From assembly GCF_036507355.1 (NCBI RefSeq), contig NZ_AP027877.1: 64,000 nucleotides of DNA; one strand, 5' to 3'. The position numbers were made by a program, and so were the translations under genes. Below, piece by piece: positions 21,570 to 34,915 of the stretch. The stretch's first letter is position 1, and every line of letters begins with the position of its first letter. The notes under the pieces were generated by a model. That model saw only the letters and a program-made list of their open reading frames with translations. It was not told the origin of the DNA and ran no database searches. The stretch is from Escherichia coli (GTDB lineage: Bacteria > Pseudomonadota > Gammaproteobacteria > Enterobacterales > Enterobacteriaceae).

Positions 21570-22730
21570 CTAAAGCTGGCGCAGGCGTTCAGCTGCTGCC
21601 AGCAACGTCGATTCCTTCTTGGCAAAACAGAGACGAATCAGTTTATGAGGGAAGGGATCGGCGCAAAACACCGATAGCGGAATCGCCGCTACGCCGTGCT
21701 CCTGCGTCAGCCACTGGCAAAACTCAACATCATCCAGGGTAGATACGGCGCTGTAATCCACCAGCAAAAAGTATGTACCTTCACACGGTAAAATCTCCAG
21801 CCGGCTTTCATTTAAAGCATTCACCAGAATATCGCGCTTCTGGCGATAAAAGTCCGGTAACGCAAGATAATGCTCAGGTTCTGCACATAGCATATCAGCA
21901 AGCGCCAGCTGTGCCGGGGTATTCACCGAAAAGGTCAGATACTGATGTACCTTGCGAATTTCGGCACTGATGGGCGCTGGCGCAACGCAATAACCCACTT
22001 TCCAGCCGGTCATATGATAGGTCTTGCCAAACGATGACACCGCCACTGCCCGCTCACGCAGCTGCGGATGTGCCAGCACGCTGGCATGGCCCTGCTGTGA
22101 AAAGTTGATGTGCTCGTAGACTTCATCGCTAATGACAAAAATCTCGTGCCCGGCAATCGCCTGCCACAAAGCGGCGAAATCAGCCTGCTGCCAGACAGTA
22201 GCGCTGGGGTTATGCGGTGTGTTGAGGATCACCAGTCGGGTACGATCGCTTAACAAAGCGGCAAACTCCTGCCAGTCCACGCGAAAATACGGCGGTTGCA
22301 GCGCAATACGTTTCACTATCCCCCCAGAAAGCACGATGGCAGGGGCGTAACTGTCATAGCTGGGATCAAAACAAATCACTTCGTCGCCATTGCGCACCAA
22401 TGCGGTTATCGCTGCGTATAACGCCTCCGTCGCCCCTGCCGTCACGGTGATATCGCTGTCGGCATCCGGTTGATAGCCATACAGACGTTCCGTTTTCTGA
22501 GCAATCGCCTCGCGCAATGCCTGCACGCCGGTCATGGGCGCGTATTGGTTTGCCCCCTGGGCAACGTGGTACGCCAGCCGCTCCTGTAAATAGCGCGGAC
22601 CATCAAAATCAGGAAAGCCTTGCGAAAGGTTAATCGCCTGGTGTTGCTGCGCCAGCGCGCTCATCTGGGTGAAAATAGTGGTGCCAAGTTGTGGAAGTTT
22701 GCTTTGTGGAATCAGAGGGTTATTTGTCAT
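21570..22730 (-). CDS. ybdL: Methionine aminotransferase YbdL (PLP-dependent)
   Basis: 386-aa ORF MTNNPLIPQSKLPQLGTTIFTQMSALAQQH... Confidence 0.92.
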   Translation of the reverse strand: MTNNPLIPQSKLPQLGTTIFTQMSALAQQHQAINLSQGFPDFDGPRYLQERLAYHVAQGANQYAPMTGVQALREAIAQKTERLYGYQPDADSDITVTAGATEALYAAITALVRNGDEVICFDPSYDSYAPAIVLSGGIVKRIALQPPYFRVDWQEFAALLSDRTRLVILNTPHNPSATVWQQADFAALWQAIAGHEIFVISDEVYEHINFSQQGHASVLAHPQLRERAVAVSSFGKTYHMTGWKVGYCVAPAPISAEIRKVHQYLTFSVNTPAQLALADMLCAEPEHYLALPDFYRQKRDILVNALNESRLEILPCEGTYFLLVDYSAVSTLDDVEFCQWLTQEHGVAAIPLSVFCADPFPHKLIRLCFAKKESTLLAAAERLRQL

Positions 22731-22838
22731 TTTTATTGTGCCTGACGAAGTTGTGTGTTGAAGGCACTATAACACGATGCTAGTATTTGGCAATCAAGAC
22801 GTTTAGATGTCTAAATAAAACAACAAGGACAACACAAC

Positions 22839-23927
22839 ATGCCTCACAATCCTATCCGCGTGGTCGTCGGCCCGGCTAACTACTTTTCACATCCAGGAAG
22901 TTTCAATCACCTGCACGATTTTTTCACTGATGAACAACTTTCTCGCGCGGTGTGGATCTACGGCGAACGCGCCATTGCTGCGGCGCAAACCAAACTTCCG
23001 CCAGCGTTTGGACTTCCAGGGGCAAAGCATATTTTGTTTCGTGGTCATTGCAGCGAAAGCGATGTACAGCAACTGGCGGCTGAGTCCGATGACGATCGCA
23101 GCGTGGTGATTGGCGTCGGCGGCGGCGCACTACTCGACACCGCGAAAGCCCTCGCCCGCCGTCTCGGTCTGCCATTTGTTGCCGCTCCAACGATCGCCGC
23201 CACCTGCGCCGCCTGGACACCGCTCTCCGTCTGGTATAACGATGCCGGACAGGCGCTGCATTATGAGATTTTCGACGACGCCAATTTTATGGTGCTGGTG
23301 GAACCAGAGATTATCCTCAATGCGCCGCAACAATATCTGCTGGCGGGGATCGGTGACACGCTGGCGAAATGGTATGAAGCGGTGGTGCTGGCTCCGCAAC
23401 CAGAAACGTTGCCGCTAACCGTGCGACTGGGGATCAATAATGCGCAGGCCATTCGCGACGTCTTGTTAAACAGTAGCGAACAGGCGCTGAGCGATCAGCA
23501 AAATCAACAGTTAACGCAATCATTTTGCGATGTGGTGGATGCTATTATTGCTGGTGGTGGGATGGTCGGTGGTCTGGGCGATCGTTTTACGCGTGTGGCG
23601 GCGGCTCATGCCGTGCATAACGGTCTGACCGTGCTGCCGCAAACCGAGAAGTTTCTTCACGGCACCAAAGTCGCCTACGGAATTCTGGTGCAAAGCGCCT
23701 TGCTGGGTCAGGATGATGTTCTGGCGCAATTAACTGGAGCGTATCAGCGTTTTCATCTGCCGACTACGCTGGCGGAGCTGGAAGTGGATATCAATAATCA
23801 GGCGGAGATCGACAAAGTGATTGCCCACACCTTGCGCCCGGTGGAGTCCATTCATTACCTGCCAGTCACGCTGACACCAGATACGTTGCGTGCAGCGTTC
23901 GAAAAAGTGGAATCGTTTAAAGCCTGA
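22839..23927 (+). CDS. ybdH: Iron-containing alcohol dehydrogenase family oxidoreductase YbdH
   Basis: 362-aa ORF MPHNPIRVVVGPANYFSHPGSFNHL... with GGGxxxD nucleotide-binding motif. Confidence 0.9.
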   Translation: MPHNPIRVVVGPANYFSHPGSFNHLHDFFTDEQLSRAVWIYGERAIAAAQTKLPPAFGLPGAKHILFRGHCSESDVQQLAAESDDDRSVVIGVGGGALLDTAKALARRLGLPFVAAPTIAATCAAWTPLSVWYNDAGQALHYEIFDDANFMVLVEPEIILNAPQQYLLAGIGDTLAKWYEAVVLAPQPETLPLTVRLGINNAQAIRDVLLNSSEQALSDQQNQQLTQSFCDVVDAIIAGGGMVGGLGDRFTRVAAAHAVHNGLTVLPQTEKFLHGTKVAYGILVQSALLGQDDVLAQLTGAYQRFHLPTTLAELEVDINNQAEIDKVIAHTLRPVESIHYLPVTLTPDTLRAAFEKVESFKA

Positions 23928-23936
23928 CGTGCAAAT

Positions 23937-24134
23937 TTAGCAGCAGCGCGCGCCGCCTTTTCCACCGTAGCGCGCGTCCTGCCGCTCACGGAAAAACTCT
24001 TCGTAGGTCATCGGCGTTTGATCGGGATGGTTAACCCGCATATGTTCGACATAGTTGTCGTAATCAGGCATACCAATCATCAGTTTCGCCGCCTGACCTA
24101 AATATTTTCCGGCTTTTGCCAGTGAATCAAACAT
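23937..24134 (-). CDS. ybdD: Small DUF466-family protein YbdD (downstream partner of cstA)
   Basis: 65-aa [55 protein letters not shown]... directly downstream of cstA on the same strand. Confidence 0.85.
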   Translation of the reverse strand: MFDSLAKAGKYLGQAAKLMIGMPDYDNYVEHMRVNHPDQTPMTYEEFFRERQDARYGGKGGARCC

Positions 24135-24286
24135 CAATACCTCCGGTAAACAGGTTGCTGAGAGAGTGCATTAATAGCTATCAACGCGCTCGGTCAGTCC
24201 CCTCGCCCCATCGAGGAGAGGGTTAGGGTGAGGGGGAACCCTCGGCACTATGCCAACATTCGCCAACATCCCCCCTCACTCTGACT

Positions 24287-26392
24287 TTAGTGCGCGCCTT
24301 TCGCCTGCGCTACGATCTCCTCAACATTTTCCGGCATCGGCTCATACGGCGTTTCTTTCGCCGTTGGCTTCGGCTCTTTCAATGCCGCAAGTGCCGTCTT
24401 AATCGAGAACAGTGCCAGAACCACCACGACCACCATAAAGAAGATGGTTAACCCGGCATCCAGACGGTTGTTGAACACCAGTTGCGCCAGCTGTGACTCA
24501 GTATACTGCGACGGAATATTGCCGCTGTCGATCATTGCCTGGAACTTGTTAGCAATGGCCAGGAAGCCGACTTTCGCATCCGGGCTAAACGCTTTCTGCC
24601 AGCCAGCGGTCAGGGTACAAATCAGCAGCCAGGCCGTTGGTACCAGCGCCACCCAGGCGTAACGTTGACGTTTCATTTTGAACAGCACCACGGCACAGAG
24701 CATCAGCGCCATCCCTGCCAGCATCTGGTTGGCAATACCAAACAGCGGCCACAGAGTGTTAATACCGCCCAGCGGATCGACCACACCCTGATGGAGGAAG
24801 TAGCCCCACGCCAGTACGCACAGCGCCGTTGCCAGCAGGTTAGCAGGCAGTGAATCGGTCCGCTTCAGGCCAGGAGACACCACGCCCAGCAGATCCTGCA
24901 ACATAAAGCGCGCAGCACGCGTACCCGCATCTACCGCCGTCAGAATAAACAGAGCTTCAAACAGAATGGCGAAGTGATACCAGAACGCTACATCCATCAT
25001 ACCACCCAGCGCACCGTGCAGGATGTAAGCCATCCCCACCGCCAACGTCGGCGCACCGCCCGCACGGGAAATGATCGACTGTTCACCCACTTCGCTGGCA
25101 ATCTGGTTGAGCGTATCTGGTGTAATGCTAAAGCCCCAGCTACTCACCACCTGCGCGGCAGAAGCGACCACATCCGCCGTCCCTGCCGGAGCCAGCACCG
25201 CCATTGGGCTGTTCATGGCAAAGTAAACGCCCGGATCGATGATACAGGCGGAAACCAGCGCCATAATCGCCACGAAGGATTCCATTAACATTCCACCGTA
25301 GCCGATAAAGCACGCCTGCCCTTCGTTCGCCAGCATCTTCGGCGTGGTGCCGGAAGAGATCAGCGCATGGAAGCCAGACACCGCACCACAGGCGATGGTG
25401 ATAAACAGGAACGGGAACAGGTTACCGGTCCATACCGGGCCAGTGCCATCGACAAATTTGGTCAGCGCAGGCATGGTCAGCGTCGGACGCATAATCAAAA
25501 TGCCTACCGCCAGACCGACGATAGTCCCGATTTTCAGGAAGGTAGAGAGGTAGTCACGCGGGGCCAGCAGTAACCACACCGGCAGCACCGCCGCCACAAA
25601 ACCGTAGCCCACCAGCATCCAGGTCAGCTGCACGCCGGTAAAGTCAAAGTACGGTGCCCAGGTCGGGCTTTCTGCCACCCAGCCGCCAGAGATAATGGCA
25701 AAAATCAGGAACACCAGGCCAATCACTGACACTTCGCCAATACGCCCCGGACGCAGATAGCGCAGGTAGATCCCCATAAACAGCGCCAGCGGAATGGTGA
25801 ACGCAACGGTATACGTTCCCCACGGGCTATGAGTCAGGGCTTTCACCACGATCATCGCCAGCACAGCAAGGATAATGACCATGATCATAAAGCAGGCCAC
25901 CAGCGCGATCACCCCGGCGGTTGGCCCCATCTCTTCTTTGACCAGCTCACCCAGCGAGCGACCGTCACGGCGCGTAGAAACAAACAGCACCATGAAATCC
26001 TGCACCGCACCGGCGAGAACCACCCCGGCGAGCAGCCAGATCATCCCCGGCAGGTAGCCCATTTGTGCTGCCAGCACCGGCCCCACCAGCGGCCCTGCTC
26101 CGGCAATGGCCGCAAAATGGTGACCGAACAGCACTTTCTTGTCCGTCGGCACATAGTCCAGCCCGTCGTTATGCCGCACCGCTGGCGTCATACGCGTCGG
26201 GTCAACCGCCAGCACATTTTTGGCGATATACAGACCATAAAAACGGTAAGCGATCAGATAGATACAGACCGACGCCACCACAATCCACAGTGCGTTGATC
26301 TGTTCCCCACGATTTAAAGCAATGTATCCCAGAGCAAATGCTCCCATTACAGAGAGCACTGTCCAGACGAGGTATTTCCCTGATTTGTTCAT
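24287..26392 (-). CDS. cstA: Carbon starvation protein A (CstA-family peptide/pyruvate transporter)
   Basis: 701-aa polytopic membrane ORF MNKSGKYLVWTVLSVMGAFALGYIALNRGEQ... Confidence 0.93.
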   Translation of the reverse strand: MNKSGKYLVWTVLSVMGAFALGYIALNRGEQINALWIVVASVCIYLIAYRFYGLYIAKNVLAVDPTRMTPAVRHNDGLDYVPTDKKVLFGHHFAAIAGAGPLVGPVLAAQMGYLPGMIWLLAGVVLAGAVQDFMVLFVSTRRDGRSLGELVKEEMGPTAGVIALVACFMIMVIILAVLAMIVVKALTHSPWGTYTVAFTIPLALFMGIYLRYLRPGRIGEVSVIGLVFLIFAIISGGWVAESPTWAPYFDFTGVQLTWMLVGYGFVAAVLPVWLLLAPRDYLSTFLKIGTIVGLAVGILIMRPTLTMPALTKFVDGTGPVWTGNLFPFLFITIACGAVSGFHALISSGTTPKMLANEGQACFIGYGGMLMESFVAIMALVSACIIDPGVYFAMNSPMAVLAPAGTADVVASAAQVVSSWGFSITPDTLNQIASEVGEQSIISRAGGAPTLAVGMAYILHGALGGMMDVAFWYHFAILFEALFILTAVDAGTRAARFMLQDLLGVVSPGLKRTDSLPANLLATALCVLAWGYFLHQGVVDPLGGINTLWPLFGIANQMLAGMALMLCAVVLFKMKRQRYAWVALVPTAWLLICTLTAGWQKAFSPDAKVGFLAIANKFQAMIDSGNIPSQYTESQLAQLVFNNRLDAGLTIFFMVVVVVLALFSIKTALAALKEPKPTAKETPYEPMPENVEEIVAQAKGAH

Positions 26393-26572
26393 AGTTGTTA
26401 TCCGTGTGCGTGTCCATAGAGATGTTACATTTTGTTTCTATAACATCTTTGCGCAATTTAACAACACAGCAACCATGTAAATCGGAGTTGAAACCAATAT
26501 TTAACTTAACAATGTTAACTCGATCACTCCGTTAACCGAGTTTTCCTGCAATCTCATATAATTCTGTCGGGT

Positions 26573-27734
<1,162 letters not shown>

Positions 27735-27735
<1 letters not shown>

Positions 27736-28592
27736 TATTTCACCTCGCGGAAGAGTAGCTTCCACCAGGCGTCGATGGTCGGGTTTTTCGCCAGCATGAC
27801 AAAGTCGATATCACCATGCACTTTGCGCCAGCGCGCCGCCAGCGCCATCATGCGCACCGAATCCAGACCGTAGTCGATCAGGTTGTCGTCATCGAACGGT
27901 TCATCGGACTCGTCCAGCAACGGCAGGATCACCTCACGCAGCGCCGCTTTGCTGGCGGGGATAGGTGCTGGCAGTAATTCTTCGGTCATCACCACCCGGC
28001 CAGAACGTCCGGCCACATATTTCAGCGACATCAAATGCTCGTCACGGCTGAAATCGGCCAGCGCATCCGCCACCATAAACGGTTTAATATCGCGCATAAA
28101 TGCGTCGGTTGCGGTGGTCATACAGCCAATGTGGGCATATACCCCTGTAATAATCAGCTGGTTACGTCCACTCTCTTTGAGCATTTGCTCCAGCGGAGAA
28201 CGATGAAACGCGCTGTAGCGCCACTTCACCAGCACCGTGTCGTCGGCATCTGGCGTCAGGCGATCCACCACCTTTTGCTGTTCCGGCGAGCGGGTCAGGC
28301 CCGGCCCCCACATATCATTCAACAGCGCCCGATCTTCATCGCTCTGCTCTTTCGGCTGGGCGGTGTAATAAACCGGGATATTGTGCTGTTTGCAGTAGTC
28401 GCGCAGCGCAGCAATATTCGCGATCACCTGCTCCATCATCGGGCAGTTCTCGCCCCAGAAGCTGACAAAATAGTCCTGCATATCATGGATTAACAACGCG
28501 GCACGTTGCGGTTCAAAGGCCCAGTCAACTTTATTCTGCGGAATATCGTGAGACTCCGGCAGTGCGTAAGCCTGTAATTTTGGAATAGCCAT
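27735..28592 (-). CDS. entB: Isochorismatase / aryl carrier protein EntB
   Basis: 285-aa ORF MAIPKLQAYALPESHDIPQNKVDWAFEPQRAALL... Confidence 0.95.
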
Positions 28593-28605
28593 CGTGTTCT
28601 CTCCT

Positions 28606-30216
28606 TCAGGCTGATGCGCGTGACGCCAGCCACTGACGTAATTGTTTTTTATCGACTTTCCCGACCGCCGTCAGCGGAAGTGAATCCACACACTCCACGC
28701 GATCCGGTAATTTAAATTCGGCAATACCCTGTTCACGCAGGAAACGACGCACCTGCACCGCGCGCAGCGGCTCTTTTACCACCAGATAAGCACAGCTTTT
28801 TTCGCCCATCAGCTCATCTTCCATGCTCACCAGTGCGGCATAGATCACCGCCGGATGGCGCAGCAGCAGGTTTTCGATCTCTTCGGCAGCGATCTTCTCG
28901 CCGCCACGGTTGATCTGATCTTTCTCGCGCCCCTGCACGGTGATGTAACCCTCTGGATCAATAGAGATCAGATCGCCGGAACAGTAAAAACCGTTGGCAT
29001 CAAAGGCGCTGGCATTGTGCTGCGGACTTTTGTAATAACCGCGGAAGGTGTACGGCCCGCGCGTCATCAGGCGTCCAACTTCCCCTTGCGGCAGTGGATT
29101 TCCTTCGGCATCGGCAACCCATACTTCATCGTCCGGACACATTGGGTAACCCTGGGTATGGATAATTTTCTCCGCGCTATCATCAAGTCGGGTGTAGTTC
29201 ACCAGCCCTTCCGCCATGCCAAACACCTGCTGCAATTGGCAGCCAATCTCAGCGGGAATACGCGCCGCAAGCGTGGCAGAAAGACGTGCGCCGCCGACCT
29301 GTAACAGTTTTAGCGAGGCAAGCTGCGCCCGGCTTTCGCCTTCAGCCAGCGCCTGCAACCACAGGCTGACTGCCGGCGGCACCAGCGCGGTAACGTTAAC
29401 CTGATGTTTTGCAATCAACGGGAAGCAAAGCGTGGCGCTGGGATCGGCCGCCAGAACAACCGTTCCTCCGGCAAGAAAGACGCCCAGCGATCCCGGCGAA
29501 CTCATGGCGTAGTTATGAGCCGCCGGGATCGCGCACAGGTAGCGCGTCTGTTGTGTGAACTGACAAATCTCGACGCTACGACGCACGCTGTAGTAGTAGT
29601 CGTTATGAGTGCGCGGGATCAGTTTCGGTGTGCCGGTGGTGCCGCCGGAAAGCTGGAAATAGGCCACTTCATCAGCAGGTGACGGCGTGGCAGTAAAATC
29701 CTCAGCCGGATGGTTAATCGCATCCTGCAAGTTATGCTCACCGCTGTCGTTGAGCAGATGCACCACGCGAATGGAGGAATGTTCTGTGACGAAAGTATTG
29801 AGGAAATCATCCCCGCTAAACAGCGCATGTTGGCGATCGGCAATCAGTAACGCCGGTTCAATCTGGCTGGCATAGGCGTTCAGTTCACTACGCTGATGGC
29901 TGAACAGCGCCAGCACTGGCGCAACGCCCAGTTTCAGCAGCGCGAAAAAGGTAATGTAAAGTTCAGCGACGTTACCCAGTTGTACCAGCGCGGTTTCACC
30001 AGGTTTAATGCCCTGACGGCGCAAACTACACGCGAGGTTATCCGCCGCCTGATTCAGCTCCCGATAACTCAACTGCCGCTCGCCGTCGATAACCGCGATG
30101 CTATCGCTCGCGGCGTGGCGGGTCAGAATGTCAGTCAGTGGCAAATCCTGCCAGTAGCCTTTTTCCCGATAGCGACGGGCAAACTCTTCCGGCCAGCGGG
30201 TAAATGGAATGCTCAT
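28606..30216 (-). CDS. entE: 2,3-dihydroxybenzoate-AMP ligase EntE
   Basis: 536-aa adenylate-forming enzyme [27 protein letters not shown]... Confidence 0.95.
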   Translation of the reverse strand: MSIPFTRWPEEFARRYREKGYWQDLPLTDILTRHAASDSIAVIDGERQLSYRELNQAADNLACSLRRQGIKPGETALVQLGNVAELYITFFALLKLGVAPVLALFSHQRSELNAYASQIEPALLIADRQHALFSGDDFLNTFVTEHSSIRVVHLLNDSGEHNLQDAINHPAEDFTATPSPADEVAYFQLSGGTTGTPKLIPRTHNDYYYSVRRSVEICQFTQQTRYLCAIPAAHNYAMSSPGSLGVFLAGGTVVLAADPSATLCFPLIAKHQVNVTALVPPAVSLWLQALAEGESRAQLASLKLLQVGGARLSATLAARIPAEIGCQLQQVFGMAEGLVNYTRLDDSAEKIIHTQGYPMCPDDEVWVADAEGNPLPQGEVGRLMTRGPYTFRGYYKSPQHNASAFDANGFYCSGDLISIDPEGYITVQGREKDQINRGGEKIAAEEIENLLLRHPAVIYAALVSMEDELMGEKSCAYLVVKEPLRAVQVRRFLREQGIAEFKLPDRVECVDSLPLTAVGKVDKKQLRQWLASRASA

Positions 30217-30225
30217 CCTCGCTCC

Positions 30226-31401
30226 TTAATGCAATCCAAAAACGTTCAACATGGTAGAAAGTTTGACGCCGGTTTCGCGCCACTCACCCAACGGTGACGA
30301 CGCAGGTACAATCCCCGCTCCGGCAAACAGACGCACCTGATTTTCCCGCAGCTTCGCGCAGCGGATGGTCACCACCCATTCGCCGTTACCTTCGCTGTCA
30401 CACCAACCCACAATGCCGCCAAACAGTTCGCGGTCGAACGGCTCCAGTTCAGCAATAACCTGGGTCGCGGCCTGATGCGGGAAACCGCTCAGCGCGGGGG
30501 TCGGATGCAGCAGACAGGCCAGAGTCAGTGCGTTTTCTTGCGAATTCGCTTTACCTTCAAAGGGAGTTGCGAGATGCCACAGCGTCGGCGTGGTAATCAA
30601 TTGTGGAGAGGAGGGAACGTGTAACTCACTACTGCGTTCGCGCAGTACCTCTTTCATCGCCTGAGTCACCAGTTCATGTTCATGGCGATCTTTTTCTGAC
30701 GCCAGCAGACGATTACCCGCTTCGCGATCGAGCACTTCATCCGGCTGACGACGCGCGGAACCGGCTAACGGAATGGAGCTAAAACGCTCGCCGTCTTTAC
30801 GTAGCAGCAGTTCCGGGCTGGCCCCCAGCAGAACGCCACCATCTGCCAACGGCACATGGAAGTTGTAACTTACCGGGTTTTGCGCAATCAACCGTTCCAG
30901 CAATACGCCACTATCAATGGCGGCGTCAGTGGTGATATCAATCAACCGTGACAACACCACTTTGTCGACCTGCGGCGTGGCGGTAAGTGCGGCGGCGCGG
31001 GCAACCATCTGTTCAAACGTGGTTTGTTGCGGAATTGCCTGGCGTTCCACCACATTCAGCGACTGGCTGCGGGTGAAACGGCGTGCGGAAGCTTGTTTTT
31101 CCTGACGGGAGAACGACTGCCAGGATTCGGGAATATACAGCGACGAAGGCTGACGTGGATCGAAGGGAATCGCCCCGACCATCACCGGATTTTTGATGCC
31201 CTGCGCTTTGGCATCGGCAAACAGCGCGGCGAGTTTTTGCTGGAAGGGACTGTCGGGCGAATCCCCGTTCACAGCCGGTTCATCGAAGCGGGCGAAACAT
31301 CCTGACGTCGTAAAACTGCGGTACGGCGACATAAAGAAAAAGCGATTGGGCGCAAGTGTTGCCATGGTCTGCTGTACTTCCTCAGCCAGTGACGTATCCA
31401 T
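30226..31401 (-). CDS. entC: Isochorismate synthase EntC
   Basis: ORF 30226..31413 trimmed to [30 protein letters not shown]... Confidence 0.93.
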   Translation of the reverse strand: MDTSLAEEVQQTMATLAPNRFFFMSPYRSFTTSGCFARFDEPAVNGDSPDSPFQQKLAALFADAKAQGIKNPVMVGAIPFDPRQPSSLYIPESWQSFSRQEKQASARRFTRSQSLNVVERQAIPQQTTFEQMVARAAALTATPQVDKVVLSRLIDITTDAAIDSGVLLERLIAQNPVSYNFHVPLADGGVLLGASPELLLRKDGERFSSIPLAGSARRQPDEVLDREAGNRLLASEKDRHEHELVTQAMKEVLRERSSELHVPSSPQLITTPTLWHLATPFEGKANSQENALTLACLLHPTPALSGFPHQAATQVIAELEPFDRELFGGIVGWCDSEGNGEWVVTIRCAKLRENQVRLFAGAGIVPASSPLGEWRETGVKLSTMLNVFGLH

Positions 31402-31430
31402 ATCATCCTCCACAAAATGATAAAGGCTTT

Positions 31431-31448
31431 AATAATGATTATCATTTA
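31431..31448. promoter_or_regulatory. Fur box in the entC / fepB divergent promoter region
   Basis: AATAATGATTATCATTTA closely matches the Fur consensus GATAATGATAATCATTATC. Confidence 0.6.
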
Positions 31449-31589
31449 TATTTTCGGTCGCTAACCTAAAAGCAAACGCGCACTATGTCAACTCTTGAGG
31501 TAACGCAATCTGCAACTCGGGGTTGCATCTGGTTGTGGTTACAATGAAAATGAGAAGCATTAACTTCATTAATAACAGGAAGCTGATTT

Positions 31590-32546
31590 GTGAGACTCGC
31601 CCCGCTCTACCGCAACGCCCTTCTATTAACAGGACTTTTGCTTTCAGGAATATCCGCAGTTCAGGCCGCCGACTGGCCGCGTCAGATTACTGACAGCCGT
31701 GGCACTCATACCCTGGAAAGCCAGCCGCAGCGTATTGTTTCCACCAGCGTCACCCTGACCGGCTCACTGCTGGCGATTGATGCTCCGGTGATCGCCAGCG
31801 GCGCGACCACGCCGAATAACCGCGTCGCGGATGACCAGGGCTTTTTACGCCAGTGGAGCAAGGTGGCGAAAGAACGCAAACTGCAACGGCTCTATATCGG
31901 CGAACCGAGCGCCGAAGCCGTTGCCGCGCAAATGCCGGATCTGATTTTAATTAGCGCAACCGGCGGGGATTCGGCGCTGGCGCTGTATGATCAGCTTTCC
32001 ACCATCGCCCCGACATTAATCATCAATTACGACGACAAAAGCTGGCAGGCGCTGTTAACGCAACTTGGCGAAATTACCGGGCATGAGAAACAAGCGGCAG
32101 AGCGGATTGCGCAGTTTGATAAGCAACTGGCGGCGGCGAAAGAGCAAATCAAATTACCGCCGCAGCCGGTCACTGCCATTGTCTATACTGCCGCTGCACA
32201 CAGTGCCAATCTCTGGACGCCGGAATCAGCACAAGGGCAGATGCTGGAACAACTCGGCTTTACGCTGGCGAAGTTACCCGCAGGGTTAAATGCCAGCCAA
32301 AGCCAGGGTAAACGCCATGACATCATTCAGCTTGGTGGGGAAAATCTGGCTGCAGGGTTAAATGGCGAGTCACTATTCCTGTTCGCCGGTGATCAGAAAG
32401 ATGCCGATGCTATTTATGCTAATCCGCTGCTCGCGCACCTGCCTGCAGTACAAAACAAGCAGGTTTATGCGCTGGGAACCGAGACGTTCCGTCTGGATTA
32501 CTACAGCGCCATGCAAGTGCTGGAACGACTTAAGGCGCTGTTTTAA
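31590..32546 (+). CDS. fepB: Ferric enterobactin periplasmic binding protein FepB (GTG start)
   Basis: 318-aa [29 protein letters not shown]... Confidence 0.93.
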   Translation: MRLAPLYRNALLLTGLLLSGISAVQAADWPRQITDSRGTHTLESQPQRIVSTSVTLTGSLLAIDAPVIASGATTPNNRVADDQGFLRQWSKVAKERKLQRLYIGEPSAEAVAAQMPDLILISATGGDSALALYDQLSTIAPTLIINYDDKSWQALLTQLGEITGHEKQAAERIAQFDKQLAAAKEQIKLPPQPVTAIVYTAAAHSANLWTPESAQGQMLEQLGFTLAKLPAGLNASQSQGKRHDIIQLGGENLAAGLNGESLFLFAGDQKDADAIYANPLLAHLPAVQNKQVYALGTETFRLDYYSAMQVLERLKALF

Positions 32547-32549
32547 GCA

Positions 32550-33800
32550 TTAACCGTCAGACGCTGTCACCTGCGGCGGCGTCTGGCGAAAACGTCGCAA
32601 CTCCACCAGCACCAGCAATAACAACACGCCGATAATCAACAAACCAAAACCGCTCGCGCTTGCGGAAGCAACCGGTGTCATCATCGCTCCCAAACCGCCC
32701 AGCAGCGCCGCGCCTATGGCATCGCCCGTCACGTTTTGCGCCGTCCACAAACCGTTAATCCGCCCTAACATCGCTTCCGGAGTTTGCGTTTGCAGCATTG
32801 TATATTGCAGCAACGAACTAACCGCGCTCAGCCAGCCGAACAGCGCCAGACAAACCACGCCTAAAATCCACATCGGCATCAGGCCAAACAGACCAATGGC
32901 GAGGAACGATCCCAGCGTGGAGAGCAGCATCAATAACCCTGGTCGCGCGCTATGTGCCAGCTTCCCGCTGGTTAACGCGCCAATAGCCGCGCCGAGCGGG
33001 ATCGCCGCATAGAGAAAACCAATCTGTGCCGCCGACATCTGCCAGTTGTCAGCCAGCGCCGGATACAGTACCCGCACCGCGCTCGCCATCGTCAATAAAC
33101 CACCCAGCAGCGCAATCCCTCCTATCAGCGGGCTGGCGAGCAGAAAACGAAATCCTGCCAGTAATGATTTCAACGGATGCTCACGCGGCTGCGGTGGCGG
33201 TGGCAACGCCGGAAGGCTTAACAACGGTAGCAAGGTAATAAACGTGCCCGCCGCCGCCAGCCCGTAGTTCCAGGCCACACCGCCGGTCGCCAGCAATAAA
33301 CCGCCAATCATGGGCGAAATCACCGACCCCAGACGCACGGTCAACATGGTGATCGCCCCGGCCTGCATTAAGTTTTCACGCCCTACCAGTGCTGGTGTCG
33401 CCGCCAATAGCGCCGTAACGCCAAGCGATGCGAAAAAACCATCCCATAAACCAAGTAAATAGATTGCCAGCAATGACGGCTCCGGCAGCAGCGCGTTCAG
33501 GCACAGTCCAATGAAGCCAATGCCACAGGTGCCGCGCGCCAGCAAAATCACTTTTTTGCGCTCATAGCGATCCGCCAGCACACCGCCGACCATCAGGCCA
33601 ACAAACATCGCGCCGCCGGTCAGCGTCACCGAAAGCCCCACCTGCCAGGTGGAATGTGTCATCATCTGGATCTGCACCGGCACCGCGACGCCGAGCAAAC
33701 CCAGAGAAACAATAGAGATGAAACGAGCGAGGAATACTGCGCGAAACGCCGGGTGCGTTTTCAACAGGCTGAGGTTAAGCAGCCAGGATTGTTTATTCAT
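32550..33800 (-). CDS. entS: Enterobactin exporter EntS (MFS)
   Basis: 416-aa 12-TM-like [30 protein letters not shown]... Confidence 0.93.
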   Translation of the reverse strand: MNKQSWLLNLSLLKTHPAFRAVFLARFISIVSLGLLGVAVPVQIQMMTHSTWQVGLSVTLTGGAMFVGLMVGGVLADRYERKKVILLARGTCGIGFIGLCLNALLPEPSLLAIYLLGLWDGFFASLGVTALLAATPALVGRENLMQAGAITMLTVRLGSVISPMIGGLLLATGGVAWNYGLAAAGTFITLLPLLSLPALPPPPQPREHPLKSLLAGFRFLLASPLIGGIALLGGLLTMASAVRVLYPALADNWQMSAAQIGFLYAAIPLGAAIGALTSGKLAHSARPGLLMLLSTLGSFLAIGLFGLMPMWILGVVCLALFGWLSAVSSLLQYTMLQTQTPEAMLGRINGLWTAQNVTGDAIGAALLGGLGAMMTPVASASASGFGLLIIGVLLLLVLVELRRFRQTPPQVTASDG

Positions 33801-33873
33801 TACAATGCCTTGCCATCAAATATTTTAAATACCTATTCTTAGGCTGCACATGCTAACATATCCAAATAAGATC

Positions 33874-33898
33874 GATAACGATAATTAATTTCATTATC
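33874..33898. promoter_or_regulatory. Fur box-like sequence in the entS / fepD divergent promoter region
   Basis: GATAACGATAATTAATTTCATTATC is AT-rich with GATAAT-type hexamers. Confidence 0.5.
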
Positions 33899-33910
33899 AT
33901 GGAAGTTCGT

Positions 33911-34915
33911 ATGTCTGGTTCTGTTGCCGTGACACGCGCCATTGCCGTGCCCGGATTGCTGTTATTACTGATTATCGCGACGGCATTAAGTCTGCTCATT
34001 GGGGCAAAATCACTCCCCGCTTCCGTAGTGCTGGAGGCCTTCTCCGGCACCTGCCAGAGCGCCGACTGCACCATCGTGCTCGACGCGCGGCTGCCGCGTA
34101 CCCTTGCCGGTTTACTGGCAGGCGGCGCGCTTGGCCTTGCCGGGGCGTTAATGCAAACCCTCACCCGAAACCCACTTGCCGACCCCGGCTTGCTTGGCGT
34201 GAACGCCGGAGCCAGCTTTGCCATTGTGCTGGGTGCGGCGCTGTTTGGTTACTCTTCCGCACCGGAACAACTGGCGATGGCCTTCGCCGGGGCGCTGGTG
34301 GCCTCGTTGATTGTTGCCTTTACCGGCAGCCAGGGCGGCGGGCAGTTAAGTCCGGTGCGTTTAACCCTGGCGGGCGTGGCGCTGGCGGCGGTGCTGGAAG
34401 GGCTGACCAGCGGCATCGCCCTGCTTAATCCTGACGTCTACGATCAACTGCGTTTCTGGCAAGCCGGTTCGCTGGATATTCGCAATCTACATACCTTAAA
34501 AGTGGTGCTGATCCCAGTGCTGATCGCCGGAGCAACTGCGCTATTACTGAGTCGCGCGCTGAACAGTTTAAGCCTTGGCAGCGACACCGCGACGGCGCTG
34601 GGCAGTCGCGTGGCGCGCACACAGTTGATTGGTCTGCTGGCGATTACCGTGCTTTGTGGTAGTGCGACGGCGGTAGTTGGCCCGATTGCCTTTATTGGCC
34701 TGATGATGCCGCATATGGCGCGTTGGCTGGTGGGTGCCGATCATCGCTGGTCGCTGCCCGTCACGCTACTTGCTACCCCTGCCCTGCTGCTGTTTGCCGA
34801 TATCATCGGGCGGGTGATTGTGCCCGGCGAGCTGCGCGTTTCTGTGGTCAGTGCGTTTATTGGTGCACCGGTGCTGATCTTCCTCGTGCGACGTAAAACG
34901 CGAGGTGGTGCATGA
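33911..34915 (+). CDS. fepD: Ferric enterobactin ABC transporter permease FepD
   Basis: ORF 33899..34915 trimmed to MSGSVAVTRAIAVPGLLLLLIIA... Confidence 0.9.
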   Translation: MSGSVAVTRAIAVPGLLLLLIIATALSLLIGAKSLPASVVLEAFSGTCQSADCTIVLDARLPRTLAGLLAGGALGLAGALMQTLTRNPLADPGLLGVNAGASFAIVLGAALFGYSSAPEQLAMAFAGALVASLIVAFTGSQGGGQLSPVRLTLAGVALAAVLEGLTSGIALLNPDVYDQLRFWQAGSLDIRNLHTLKVVLIPVLIAGATALLLSRALNSLSLGSDTATALGSRVARTQLIGLLAITVLCGSATAVVGPIAFIGLMMPHMARWLVGADHRWSLPVTLLATPALLLFADIIGRVIVPGELRVSVVSAFIGAPVLIFLVRRKTRGGA

